Below are positions 12,105 to 24,318 of a stretch of DNA of 64,000 nt, piece by piece (the stretch's first letter is position 1; every line of letters begins with the position of its first letter). The translations under genes were made by a program, and so were the position numbers. This stretch comes from Lama glama (lineage: Eukaryota): the NCBI GenBank assembly GCA_028534125.1, contig CM052832.1, forward strand, positions 25,358,001 through 25,422,000, written 5' to 3'. The notes below the pieces were generated by a model. The model saw only the letters and a program-made list of their open reading frames with translations. It had not been told where the DNA came from and made no database searches.

Positions 12105-12631
12105 TGTGGTGGATGTCTGCGAAGGTGGCTGCCAACAGTCACTCCCAGCCCCATGTGTGTGCTCTTCCCACGAAGAGGTGGAATCTATTTCTCTTCCTCT
12201 TGAATCTGGGCCTTATGATTTGCTTTTACCAACAGAATGTTGTTAGTGGTGGAAATGATATTTTGGGACTTTTAACCCTCAGGGTTAAGAGCTTCACTTC
12301 TGTTTTTCCTCGCTTGGGAGTCAACTGCCACGAAAAGAAACTTGGGCTGGATTACCAGATGATAACAGGCCACGTGAAGAGACAGAGGACCACCCAGCCC
12401 CCATATGTTGCAGCACCAGTGAAGTAAGTGAGGCCACGTGAACGTTTGAACCCAAGCGATGTCAGATTCTCCAATCCCAGTCTAACCACCCCAGCCAGGA
12501 CAGCACCACTTGGAGCAAAGAAGAGCCCAAATTGCAGAAGTACGAATAGATGAATGGTTGCTGTTATTTTAAGCCACCAAGCTTTGTCATCTTGGGGTGG
12601 GTTTGTTACATAGCAATGCATGGCTAAGACC
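12105..12631 (+). mobile_element. MLT1G/H-like solo LTR
   Basis: tgtggtgg start, aagaggtggaatctatttctcttcctcttgaatctggg, ends gtttgttacatagcaat...; TSD tgtct/tgtcc. Confidence 0.85.
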
Positions 12632-12947
12632 TGTCCTACACTTAAAGTCAACTTTCTTTAAAATGGTGCTGACCTAGCCCCTACATGTTCAGCCCCATCT
12701 CTCACCACTCCACCTAGGATTCTACTCTGGGCCTTTGCACACTTATATCACATCTCTCTCATCCCTCTTAATCCTACCTGGTCACCCATCAGCTTCCTTC
12801 TTCCAGGAAACATCACTCCTTCCAGGAAATCTCTAATTCCATGAGACTAGGTTGGAGGCCTTGTCAGGCCTTCTGTTGACCCTGTATTTATTTTACTGTA
12901 CCACTATTATACTGCCCTGGGTACTTACTTGTCTCCACTATTATACT

Positions 12948-13092
12948 TTTTTTTTTAATGGGGGTATATTTGATGTAAAATACCATGTAACTTTCAGATG
13001 TACAACAAAATGATTCACAGTTTTAAAGGTTATATTCCATTTATAGTTTTTATAAAATATTGGTTATAGTCCCTGTGTTGTACAATCTACCT
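12948..13092 (-). mobile_element. LINE-1 3' end fragment
   Basis: T-run then cagatgtacaacaaaatgattcacag...ataaaatattggttatagtccctgtgttgtacaat. Confidence 0.8.
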
Positions 13093-14104
13093 TTATACTT
13101 TTAGTGAAGTATATACCATGAAGGTGGGGACTTTCTGCCTTTTTTATAAGTGTATCCCTTATTCCTCACACACTACCCGCACAGCAGGTGCTATTCAGTG
13201 TTTGACAAATGAATGAATGAAAGGCCAACAGAATAAGGGACTAAAACTATGGACTGTTCTTTTTAGACTTGATCGTGTTGCCCTTCCTTTGTACCATTCC
13301 TGGTCATCCCCAGCAGATATTATTTCCTGAAAACTTTGTTTTGGATCCGCTGAATCTTGAATTTCTCCTCTCTGTCTCAGCTATCTTCAAAGGGACAGTG
13401 CCTGGTACTCACGATGATGTCCTGGGATAGGACGAAACCTTGAAGTGATGAATTGTCAGAGATTAAAGGTTAGTTTTAACTTTTGAAAATTTAGTGAGCC
13501 AGTTTATGACAGTCTACGTGTGCACCTCTTCTTCAACTCCAATGTTAAACATTCCCTAAACAACGCCAGTGTTTGTCCATGCTAGGTAAGAGGGAAAAAA
13601 TGCCTTGTTTTTAGAAATGTTCTTACTTTTTTAAAAAATTATTTTTATTTAAAAAATTTTTTTGGTTTGTTTTTACTTTCTTAGAGGGGATGTCATGCCT
13701 GTTATCCATTTGATTTTCACCCCGGTTCTGTGAGATGAATAGAAAGGTGGTGGTGGTGTAGTTCTCTGTTACAGGTTTGGAAGCAGAAGTTGTACAGGCT
13801 TCCAGGGCCATACAGCTGGTTGGTGAAACAAGTGAGTAGGATCAATTCTGCTGATGACTAACTAGCCTGCTGTTTCCTATGGTCTCTGTGACAATCATCC
13901 AGTTGAATCAGAATTTGCCCACCTCTTTCAACGCCTATTGCTATGATCCCAGTTAATCTTCCGTTTACTCAGATTATTGGTTTCCTGGCTGGTACTCTAA
14001 CCTTTAGTCTATTCTTCAACTGATGGTTCAAGGGGTCCTTTAAAAATGTAAGTCCCTAATGTTCTTCCTCTGAGTAAAAATCTCCCATGCCTTCCCATAG
14101 TGTT

Positions 14105-14485
14105 TGTTAAAGCAATCAGATTGGGCCCAAGATGGAGCTGCTCATGCCAAGACCCAGGTCAGCAAACCAAAACTTAACTACTTTCTACCCTTGGCTTTCC
14201 CAGAAAAGGAAGGCCTGGGTCAGCCAATCAGTGTTTGTCTGCTCAGCGTCAGTTAAACTCACGAGCTCAAGCCTTCTCTTCGCTCCATATAAGGAGAGTA
14301 ACTTTGCTTTAACCAATCAGCAAATGCCTTGTTTCTGCTCATTTTGGTCTGTAGAACCCTGTCTCGGATTGCACAAGTCTTTGGAGCTCCATTCTATCAG
14401 ACTGGATGCTGCCTGATTACCAAATTGCTAAATAAAGCCAATAAGGTCTTTAAAATTTACCCAGCTGACTTTTTGTTCTCCAGCA
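14105..14485 (+). mobile_element. ERV1-type solo LTR
   Basis: TG...CA termini, CCAAT 14224 and 14313, TATAAG 14288, AATAAA 14431; inserted in an L2. Confidence 0.75.
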
Positions 14486-15147
14486 GATTTAAACTGTAAC
14501 TTTATCTCCTACCACCTTCTCCCTTGCTAATAAGCTCCCGTCACCAGACTCTCCTTTCAGCCAGCGCTGAGCCAGGCTCCTGCATTGCCACTTGCCCTTC
14601 CTGGGAACAGTTCTTCTGATTCCTCCCCATCTGAGACCTTTCTATCGGTCTTAGCATAAATGTATCTTTCTAGGCAAGGCTGTCTCTGTGTTTGACCTAT
14701 ATTCCAATTCTTATACACAAGAATCAGTGTTGATGTTTTTCAATTATTTGATGAATCTTGGTCTCCTTTAGCGGAATGGAAGTTCCACAAGTGTTGATTC
14801 TTCGTCATGTGAACTGCTGTAAACCCACCGCCTTGATTAAGGGCCTTGCAGATTGTAGGTGCCTAGGCTGATTTAAAAGTTTTAAATTGACCAATAAATG
14901 AGAAAAATAAGAGATCCAAGACGCCAATCCAGACTTCAGAGCTGAGCTCTTTGGTTCAATGGATCACCTTTGATTTGAACCACCTCTGGAGGTGAGTTGG
15001 ACAGAGAAATAAGGCAAATTACCTCTATTGCCACCCGGGTTCCTGTCAGTGAGGACCCACAGTATTCTGCCTTTGTTTAACCTTTCTCAAGTTTGACTTC
15101 CTTCTTTACCCTTTCACCTTAAGGGTGCAGGAAAAAAAACAAGGACA

Positions 15148-15258
15148 AAGAATCTGAAAAGGAAAAATATATGTGTATGTGTATGTATAACTGAATCACT
15201 TTGCTGTACACCTGAAACTAACATTGTAAATCACCTACACTTCAATAAACAATTTTTT
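15148..15258 (+). mobile_element. 5'-truncated LINE-1 3' end
   Basis: gtataactgaatcactttgctgtacacctgaaactaac...cttcaataaa; perfect 12-bp TSD aaaacaaggaca (15136-15147 / 15259-15270). Confidence 0.92.
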
Positions 15259-15879
15259 AAAACAAGGACAGAAGTGACACCCATCAACAGTAGAGACGTT
15301 TCAGAGGACACTCCTTTTCAGCCTTGGAAACAGATCTAGGGAGAATTAAATATATGGCATGACTAAAATAAAGTGCTCCAGGGTGGGGCAGGGAGGGAGG
15401 TGACTTGTTTGTCTTTGGGAGGGTTTAGGATGAAAGGAATAGTTTAGAATTTAGATAATAACCATTGTTTTCTGAAAGAAGTCCCAGAGTCTCTACCTAT
15501 GGGCCAAAGGGAGAAAGCCTAACAAAAGAGGCAAAGGGGGAGAAAGAAAAAAAAAACCAAGATTTGGGATAGCCTGCTTTTTATGTAATATGCTGCTGAT
15601 TACGGAATAAGGTATTTTGGAGGGTTTTTTGTGGTCCTTTATATTTTATTTTGTCTATCATTACACTTGCTAACCTTGGAGACTGCCCCTTCCTTTGGGT
15701 GTATATTGTCAGAATATTTAGGGAAAGATTTTAAGAATTTCCCCTTCCCATCCCCAGTTCTTTGAATTGTCCCTTCAAATGCAAATGAAATCACTTACCA
15801 TTTGGATATACAGTAATTAAAGAGAGGAAGGGGCAATAACTTGAAGCTCAAACAGACTTCCTTTTTCTGTGTGTGGGTT

Positions 15880-16560
15880 CAGAGTCATTTAAGGGCAATA
15901 TGAGGACCTGTTGAGGGGGGGCTGGGCACTGGGGGTGGGTGGTGAAGGTGGCGGAGTGGGTGCTGAAAGCAACAACAGAACGTAATTGAAGCTGGATCAA
16001 ATTATAAGACATCAAATCCCACACGACTTGACAATGGACTACTCTTAATGGTAAAATGTTAAGTACTTAATATTTTATTTTCATTGCAGGTCATCTTGCA
16101 TTGCACCCCAAAGCTATTTGTTCCTAGAACAAATGTGCATATGCTTATTAGATTTAACAATCCACTGCTTCCAGTTAGTAAAGAGGTCAGGCTAAACCTG
16201 ACTCTTTTGAATGAATAAGCCTCATTTGTACTTGTGGTGACAAAAACATTAGTTCTCAAACCAAAAGGATGAGATGCGGCTAGAGAGATAATATGTGAGT
16301 AATGCTGATTCAATCCTTTTTTCCCCCTTTCATGTATTTTATTTTCCTGTGTCCCATGTGTGTGAACTCTCCCTCACCACCCTCAAGTGTTTCAATTCGA
16401 GACTGGTTTATTACACAAGAATTAATCAAGACGGAACTTCAGCCAGGCTGAAAAGCAGCAGCCACTCAGCCTCTCTCCTGCATTTACCTCTCTCTATAAG
16501 TGGCTTTTACTGATTATTTGATTGGGCAAATGCCCAGAAGGGGAAGTAACTTAGTTGAAA
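15880..16560. promoter_or_regulatory. Candidate enhancer / conserved non-coding block
   Basis: Repeat-free, with homeodomain TAATTG, TCF-like ATCAAA x2 and SOX ACAATGG motifs; conservation not tested. Confidence 0.4.
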
Positions 16561-17639
16561 ATTATTATTTCACCCATTCTGATTTTCATCTGTTCTGAGA
16601 AAATTTGATTCATTTTCCTAGGTCAGTACTAACTTTTGGATTTTCTCTCTCTCTCTCTCAAAACAAAAAAAGAGAAAGTAAAAAAAGAAAGGACGGTTTT
16701 GGGGGGGGCCAAGAGCTGAATCATGAGTTAAGTAGGAGGTGGATGGGCTGACACAGTTGACTAACAGGCTGGGCCCCTCTGCCCTTCCAAGCACCTTGGA
16801 ATAGCCCTTCCCTGGGGAAGCAAGAGTGAAATTCTGGGGCTGAGGCTCTCTTCCAGGTGATGAAATGCTTCGTCATCGGCTAGGGTGAAGACGCGTCTTC
16901 AGTAATAAGGCATGACTGTAATTCCTCACCCTCTGGCTATTATTACTCATGATTCATTTCATGAAAGAGGGAGTAAAAGCCTCCGTAGGCACAGAGCACA
17001 TCTAAACTGGAAGGATTTCAGGTTTGGGCGTGTGACGCTTTCCCCTTTACGAAGGGGGAAATGAGTGTGTTCTCCTAAGGGAGGGAGGTCTGGTTCCAGC
17101 AAAGGAGACAGTCACATGGGCCTCTGGCCCGGGAAAGGTCTTTGTCAAACTCATGAGAAAATAAACGCCCCCTTTTCTGACTCTCCATGAACAACCTGCA
17201 CTGATGTAACAGTCTGCAGTGATCTTTTTTGCCCTTTTTCCTCCTTAGGGAAAAAAAACACCCCAAAACAAAACCTGTCCAAGTGCCTTGGGCTACATAC
17301 TTAGTGCTGACTTAGCCTGGAATTATTTGGGGGTTATTCACCCTTGATAGTGAATAACTCCCAGGACTACATAGCTGGAAGGAATCTTGGAGATCATTTT
17401 CATGTATCTCGTCAATTCAAAGATGGGCGGGCGCGGAGAAACGAGGTGGACAAGATTTACTGGAACCTGCTCAGAACACTATTCCTTGATGCGGGGCTTT
17501 TGGCTTTTAGGCCTGTTCTCTTTCCTTTGCCACAGAACTTCAGCTGAGTGAACTCTGGAGAGTTCACGTGTCACACTGGACCTCAGTAAGAGGCAGACCT
17601 ATTATTACTAACAGAGGGACCGTCTGCCACATGGGGAAG

Positions 17640-17880
17640 ATCTGGGATTAAGAGGGCAGGCTTCTGGGAATCAGAGCACCTGGGTTCAACTGAAGACTAT
17701 GCCTTTGCTTGATTGCATAGTCTTGGGCAAACTCTTTACCTTTAGTGACACTAAACAATGAGAAAAATCTCAGTTTCCTCCTCTCTCAAATGGGGCCAGT
17801 AACGTTACCGTCAAGGAACAGTCATTGTAGAAAGGAAGTGCTCGGCGTAGTACTTAGTTCACACCCGGTCAGCATAGGTT
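17640..17880 (+). mobile_element. MIR SINE
   Basis: ttaagagggcaggcttctgggaatcaga...cctgggttcaa...ctcagtttcctcctctctcaaatgggg. Confidence 0.75.
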
Positions 17881-18399
17881 TGTACTACTGTTGTTAGCAG
17901 TGACACGGTTTCCTTACTGGGGGCTCAAATACCGTTCGAGGGTAAAGGATGTGTGGATTTCTCCCAGCTGTGTCTTGGCAGCTTTCATCCCTTCTCAGTA
18001 GGACAGCTTTCTTGGCCAAGGAGTCCCCCTGCCTCTCCCGGTGCCAAGCCTAGCAGTAGTGAGGATGACACGGTGACAGCTCATCCACTCCTGGGAGAGG
18101 GAATGATGCGAGTTCTTAGGGCTCATTGCTCCCCTTAGCCCAGCACAGGCCCACCCTCGAAAGCCTGGGAGTCAGGTTCCTGCTCCTGTCCCCGCCCCTC
18201 CTATCTCACTTTTCTTCTTACCCTTCTCCCCCTTCCCTCCTTCCTTTCCATCCTCCTACCTCTCTTCTCCATCAGCTGCTACCACTGGTCCAGCACCAGG
18301 AACACTAGGAAATCCTCCAATATCTTCTTTTTCCTAGTGGTTTTTAAAAAGCACTTTCAAGCGTGTGTTAAAAATAAGTGTTGTTTAGAGAGGCATGAC

Positions 18400-18730
18400 A
18401 GACCAGAGAGGCACCTTTAAGGAAGGACGGGCCGCGGGGCTGACTGTCCCCAGCTGTCTCCTTGAGGACCTGTCTCAGCTGGAGGCCGGCTTTTCTAGAC
18501 AGCCAAAGGTAACTGTCGGAGCCCGGTCTGGGGCTGTTTCTGCCCCACGAGGGACTCCTCTAACGGGCGTTCCTTGCTTCACAGCTCCCTTGGCTGGCTT
18601 GGCACAGGCTTGGTCGCATCTTTATCCTGGTCCTGAGACTTCCCCAGCCCGGTTCTGCCCCTGCCCCTTTTCTTTCACAGGTGTTCCTGTGAAAATCCAT
18701 TTCAAGCATCTGCTTCCCAGAGAAGCCAAG
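18400..18730 (+). mobile_element. LTR16-family (ERVL) LTR remnant
   Basis: 3' motif cttttctttcacaggtgtt...agcatctgcttcccagagaa. Confidence 0.55.
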
Positions 18731-18819
18731 AAGCTATGCTCCTGGGTTTTCCATCCCTAGGGCTGTATGTGTCAGGAGAGGGGACAGGTTGTCACATGCA
18801 CTGGGCTCAGAAGGCAAGA

Positions 18820-19125
18820 AATGTCTGAGCACCAACTATGACTACGTGCTGAGCTCTGAACCCGGCCCTTTGTGTTTTTCATCTAGCCTTCACACTGAAA
18901 CTGCGATGTAGGTTTTCTTACCTCCATTTACTGTCAAAGACACTAAGGCTCAGAAAGGTTAAGAAACTTGCCTGGGGTGGTTCAAACCCACCCAGGGATG
19001 CCAAAAAAAAAAAAAAAAAACCCAAAACAAACAAAAACAAAACTTGCCTGAAGTCACTTGGTTACTAAGGGGTGGAGCCAGGATTTGAACCTAGACTGTT
19101 GGGCTCCAGTGTTTGGGCTCTTTGT
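18820..19125 (-). mobile_element. MIR SINE interrupted by a tRNA-fragment retrocopy
   Basis: cactaaggctcagaaaggttaagaaacttgcctg // aagtcacttggttactaaggggtggagccaggatttgaacc. Confidence 0.85.
18975..19039 (+). pseudogene. Retroposed 3' fragment of tRNA-Asn(GTT) with CCA and A-rich tail
   Basis: ggtggttcaaacccacccagggatgcca (18976-19003) vs mammalian tRNA-Asn 3' end GGTGGTTCGAGCCCACCCAGGGACG+CCA (25/28, two differences are CpG decay); poly(A); TSD aaacttgcctg 18964-18974 / 19040-19050. Confidence 0.85.
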
Positions 19126-19869
19126 GCTGCTGTGCAGATAGTAAGACAACACAGTGGGCCCTGATTCCTTCCTGAAGTCCCAGAAGCCAAGGGCATCTTT
19201 ATCAACACTCAGTTATTTTCTCAGAGCTCAGAGCCAGGAGTGTCATTCCGGGTGGTGTGCAGGAGAGAGAAATTAGAGTCCTTCATTTCACTCAACGAAT
19301 GCCTTCCAAATTGCCTACTGTGATCCACCCCTTTCCACCACATTCAGCTTCAGACCAAGAGCTAACCCTAATAAAGGTAAACATCACCATCATTATTACC
19401 AACTAATAATAATACAAAGTTAGTTCTCACGATGAGCACTCTCTCACGGTACATACTTCTCCCTCCACCCACAGCCACACATTTCTTGCTTAATATTTGT
19501 TCTTCCATCTGCCTTGCAAAGAATTCTCTCCCCTTGTGAGTATTCTTACAGGTCTGTCCTCCTGTTGACCCCGAATTTCAAGGAGGAGGCAGATGCTCAG
19601 CTGCTGCTCAGCCCTCTGGCTATACTTTGAGCCTCCGAGAGACAAGTAGGTACACGATTTTCTGCCGCGATACAAATCGGGAAACATGGAGGAGTAAGTT
19701 GGGTTGTACGCATTATGTAGGGTGGCTCTGTGCGGCTTGGTTGGCCTCCTGTGCTTTGGCTCAAAGTAAATTACACGACCTTATGAGGCGTTTGTTAGCT
19801 CTGTCTCGTGGGAGCTTCATTTAGCCCCTTGATATATAAACGCTAGGTCCGGCCTGCCAGAAGAATGTC

Positions 19870-20090
19870 GGTACCACTTAGTGAAGATTTACTATGTGCC
19901 CGATACCGTGATGGGTACTTTACATACATCTGTTCTTTCATGGCTTTTGAGGTAGCTATGAATGTCCTATTTCGCTTATGAGAAAACAGATTCAGAGAGG
20001 TTAAGCAACTGGCTTAAGATCACACAGCCAGGCAGAATTAGGTTTCAAACCTTGCTCTTCCTGACTCCAAAGCCTATTCTGTGCACCATA
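19870..20090 (-). mobile_element. MIR SINE
   Basis: atgagaaaacagattcagagaggttaagcaactggcttaagatcacacagc. Confidence 0.8.
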
Positions 20091-20587
20091 CTGTATAGCT
20101 TTGGGAAGAAAATGGCTTAGGATGCCCTTGACTTAATATTTTTAAATGGATATTAAAGCTAGTTAATATGTGTTGTCCCATCAAGACAGTTTAGTGAGAT
20201 GGATGGCAATATTTTCCATCCTAACACATCCTTCCCTTTTCACACCTCATTCTTCTCCCAACTACCCTTTTCAATGCCAAGCTTCTAAAATAAAGTTAGT
20301 CTCCCCTTCATCACCCATCATTCTCTTCTCAGCCTACTTCCTGGGGTTCCACGCCCACCTTGTCACAGAACCTGCCCTTGTCACCGTCCCCGATGACCTC
20401 CATGTTGCCAGATTCCCTGGACTCGCCCTCCTCCCCACGTTTTTCAGATTTAGGAATATTTGACCCAGTTGGTCCCTCCCTCCCTCTTGAAAGGATGTCC
20501 TCTCTTGGTTTTGGGGACACCACACACTTCAGTGTTTCCCTTTTACCCCTAGAGCCGCCCCTCTGGCTCCTTCATGGGTTTTTATTT

Positions 20588-21239
20588 GCCAGTGGCGCAT
20601 ATCAGCAGCTGTATGTAATACCCATTCCTTCCTCCTTCCTTACGAATAAAACCCCAGTGCTGTTCAGTGCCCGGCTAAAAATACTTCCTTTTCAGGACGC
20701 ACTTGGAGTTGGGAGGATGTGTGTCATAGCTCTGGACAATGAAGAAGTTGGCAGAGCAAAGGCTTCTAGAACAGCTTTCATTTCTTGACAAAAAGGAGCT
20801 GACCTGCCCTGTGACCCTCCTGCTTCCTGCCTGGATGGTGGTTGTGCGCCTAAGGGGACAACTGCCATCTTGTGACCATGAAGCCACAAGCTCGAGGACA
20901 GAGACCTATGTGGAAAAAAAGGTAGAAGAGGAAGATTAAAGAACTTGGGTCCCCAAAGTGTTATGATCAGCTGCACCATCCTTGGGCTGCCCAGCTCCAG
21001 ACTTCACGTATGCGACAAGAATACACCCCGTCTATGACACTCAACTAGTGTTTTCCGTCATTTGTCATCAAATACATTCTTTTTTACTTTCTTACATTTT
21101 GAGGGGGAGGTAATTAGGCTTATTTATTTTTAATGGAGGTATGGGGAATTGAACCCAGGACCTTGTGCATGCTAAGCATGCGCTCTACCACTGAGCTATG
21201 GCCTCCCCGCTGTCATCAAATACATTCTGAATTGACACA
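20588..21239 (+). mobile_element. MLT1I/J-like solo LTR with a SINE inserted near its 3' end
   Basis: cccattccttcctccttcctt, gccatcttgtgaccatgaag, cagctccagactt. Confidence 0.75.
21081..21210 (-). mobile_element. Camelid tRNA-derived SINE (Vic-1-like)
   Basis: ggggaggtaattagg...ttgaacccaggaccttgtgcatgctaagcatgcgctctaccactgagcta; perfect 18-bp TSD tgtcatcaaatacattct (21063-21080 / 21211-21228). Confidence 0.95.
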
Positions 21240-21569
21240 TATACCACCTTGTAGCTGAATCTTAAAATACCCAGGATTTTAGTCCTTAGACCCTCTTCCT
21301 TCATCTTGCTAGTGATATTCAAGATCTGGGAGAAGGAAGCTCTCACCAGGCGACTTTTTCTTAGCTCTAAGTTATAATTACATACTGATAGCCACATTAA
21401 TGCCTCCAACCCAAACTTGGCACCTACATTTCAGTGTCTTATTGAGATTTCTAGGTGGTATTGTTTCTTCTCCACATCTCGCAATCTTGTCCAATGGGAA
21501 GGTCATTTATTTTGTACCTCTTCAATATGTCGAGAATCCATTGACTTCTCTCCATCCTCAGGGCTCCCA

Positions 21570-22071
21570 CTTTAGAACAAGACACAGAGAACAGAAGCTG
21601 TCTACTCCTGACACACAGCCAGGACTCAGAGAACTGAAAGAAGCTTCCACTCCCAGAATTGTCCACATTAACATGAATTTACTATTCTGTTGCCTTCCTG
21701 AGTGTGGCTTTACTCTTCCAGAAGATACTTCCAAAAGAATTTGATTGTTCCTTACAGGAAGTTCCTAGAAGATCCATTGAATTTTCACTATAAAGCATCA
21801 GCAGACACGTTATGCCCCCAAATTCTTTGAGCCCCTTGCTTTAAGATTCTCAACTTGCTAGGTTCAACAATCTGAAACTGTTCTATCATGATCCTACGTG
21901 TGCCTCCACACTGAAAGACCTATCTTAAACCACACTCCAGATTCACCAAAAAATTCGACCTTGTCTTTTCCCTTCTAAGACACTGCCCAAATCCTCCTCC
22001 GCTTTACCCTGGAAAGCAATAAACTCAGCTTTGTCTCTTCAACAGACTGTGTTGGCAAGTCAGCTTTTGAC
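21570..22071 (+). mobile_element. ERV1 solo LTR (MER90/MER110-like)
   Basis: ctgaaagacctatcttaaacc...gaaagcaataaactcagctttgtct...ttttgaca; inserted in an L2. Confidence 0.65.
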
Positions 22072-22249
22072 AACACCATCACCATCTCACCAGGACCACT
22101 TCAATAACTTCTTCATTGGTCTCCATCTCCACCCTGACTGTCCTCAGATCTATTCTCCAAGAATCTACCAGAGTGGCCGTTTTGAAAAACAGAAATTAGA
22201 CCTCATGATTTTTCAGCCTAAAACTCGGTATCAGATGCCTCTTGTCCTC

Positions 22250-22667
22250 TCCTCTCAGTCACCTGGGATTTCAGCTGTGCCTGGTCTGGGCTGCCCCGGG
22301 TGGGCTTCAAGTCAGTTCCTAGGTTAGTGGCTCCTGCTGTGCTCACCTGGGTAAGGCGGACCTTTGTTTCCTGCCTGAGGATTCCTCCACATTTGTAGAC
22401 GCTAGGAAGCCAGAGGCAAAGGATGAACAGCCCCACGTCCAGTCCATCAGGACGACCATTCTGGGAGGCTGGCTTTATGCTTCTCGGGAGGACTGGGAAT
22501 GAAGACTCACTGCTTGGGTTGTAAGTGGCAACCTGATACTTTGGTTTTTCCTCCTTTTTTGTCTTAATCTCTGGATCTTGCCATTTTCCTGAGGTCATTT
22601 CATGAAAACTCCTTGCACAGAAGTTTTCTTTTCAGGCTCTGCTTTCTCAGGGAACACAAGCTAAGGG
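22250..22667 (+). mobile_element. ERVL-type LTR remnant
   Basis: 3' terminal motif tcaggctctgctttctcagggaacacaagctaag. Confidence 0.5.
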
Positions 22668-22825
22668 TCCCTTCACTAACTTACGCTTTTACTGGAAATA
22701 ATCCACCCTGTGCCAACTGCTCACCTCTCCTTTCTCATCTCATTCTGCAGTCCCCTCTTGTACCACACTCCAGACACATTGGCCCCCTTTCAGTTTCTTG
22801 AATACATACAAAAATAAAGATGGCA

Positions 22826-23340
22826 TTAAAAGGGAGCAGAATATGCCACCCCAAAATGTGCTTCCTTGGCATGAGGATTATTTTGAGCTGATCATTTTTA
22901 AGAAAAAAGATACAAGAGAAGCTCTAAAAACAGTAGACATTTGTATTTATATTTGCATTTATGAGGGAAATCTTTACTTGAAGGGTGTTTTCCTTTCTGT
23001 ACCAGGAAGAGAAAGAGGATTCTAAATCACCAAAAACTCTCACCAGTGAAGGAGGCGCCAGATTTAAATCTGCATAGCAACCTGACTGTACTTTTCCTGG
23101 TAACCTCCCATATCTGGCCTCCCCACCCCCTATCTTTTGTCTGTAGCTGGAGATGGCATTTAAGGTGGTGACTCGGGCCATTTCAGGGAGTTACTTGGTT
23201 TTCCTGGGTCTCTCCCGTGTGTACAGGAGGTGAGTATGTTATTAAAGTTTATGTTGTTCTCTTGCCTGTCTTTTATTACACGGAGATCTCAGCCACTGAA
23301 CCTAGAAGGGTAGAAGGGAAATCATTTTTCTTCTCCTCCA
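22826..23340 (+). mobile_element. MER34-family (ERV1) solo LTR
   Basis: gcagaatatgccaccccaaaat...ggcatgaggattattttgagctga; ends cctagaagggtagaagggaaa...ctcca. Confidence 0.85.
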
Positions 23341-23830
23341 GCGGTTTGCAGATTTCAGCTGGAATTTATCCTGGCTGGAGAACCAGGGTTGTTCATCTTC
23401 AGAATAAGTAGGTTCATGGAGGAGGCCAAGGCTTGGTTCTGGGGAGTTCTGGGAGACAGGGAATGAGAGCACAGGGGAGAAGGAAGATACAGACCCCTGG
23501 AGGGAACAGCACCAACCCCCTTCTTCCCTCCAGGGATCTTTCTGCGCAGATCCAATAACATCCCATAGGGACTGGGGCTCTCCCTGGAACAGCAGGCTGA
23601 CTTGATCAACAAGAGTGTTGCTGGCATTCCTTCCTGTGGGAGCTTCACAAAACCACCTTCCCCTTCCTCCAGGGGGCTCCTCCTCTCCCCATTTCCATCC
23701 TGTTGGGAAAACTCTGTCTCCGATATACTACAATCAATCACATTCTAACTTGGAAATGGCACATGTATTTTCTAATGCTCCATGTGGTTTGAGACACACC
23801 CTAGACTCCCTGATGAAAAATGGTTTCATC

Positions 23831-24318
23831 TGTACCTGGGTGATAAAGTATTCCACCTTCTAGGTCCTGTGGCTGGTCTAATAATTAAATTGACATAAGA
23901 CAGATTAACAGGAGAGAACAAGAATGTAATTTCATATGTATGGGAGCCCCATGAAAATATGAGACCCAAAGGTAGTCAGGCAAATGAGGTTTCTATGCCA
24001 CCCAGAGCTCAGGAATGGGAGAAGAACCTGGGGCTTGAAGGCAGGGGAGGGATTTACAGGCAGATAAGAAAAGCAGGGGTTTGGTAATCAGATGTTTGCC
24101 GGGCCATGCAGGTAAGTCCTTCAGATAAAAAGTTATCTCTCATAATAGCTCTCTTTCTGGGCCAGGCCCCCTATCTAAATTCTTTTAGGCAGTTAAGGGA
24201 GAGGTAAAAGTTTTTCCTGAGTATGCTGGGGCTTGATTGCCTTCAGCTCAAAATAATCCACATGCCAAAGGGGCACATCTCGGCGGGGGGTGGTGTATTA
24301 CGCCTGTCTTCCTCGGCA
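23831..24318 (-). mobile_element. MER34-family (ERV1) solo LTR
   Basis: aaattgacataagacagattaacaggaga...cttcagctcaaaataatccacatgccaaag. Confidence 0.8.

Larger units (their letters stand above)
11815..13220 (+). mobile_element. LINE-2 remnant interrupted by an MLT1 LTR and an L1 fragment
   Basis: cattcttgactcttctctcc, ccatccacttctcttc, ending in the L2 tail gtttgacaaatgaatgaatgaa. Confidence 0.75.

Noticed and set aside
16886-16901. Perfect 16-bp palindrome tgaagacgcgtcttca
   Set aside because: About one 8-bp-arm palindrome is expected by chance in 64 kb.
20170-20979. Cluster of 60-142 aa ORFs
   Set aside because: Lie within L2 and MLT1 remnants; no coding signature.
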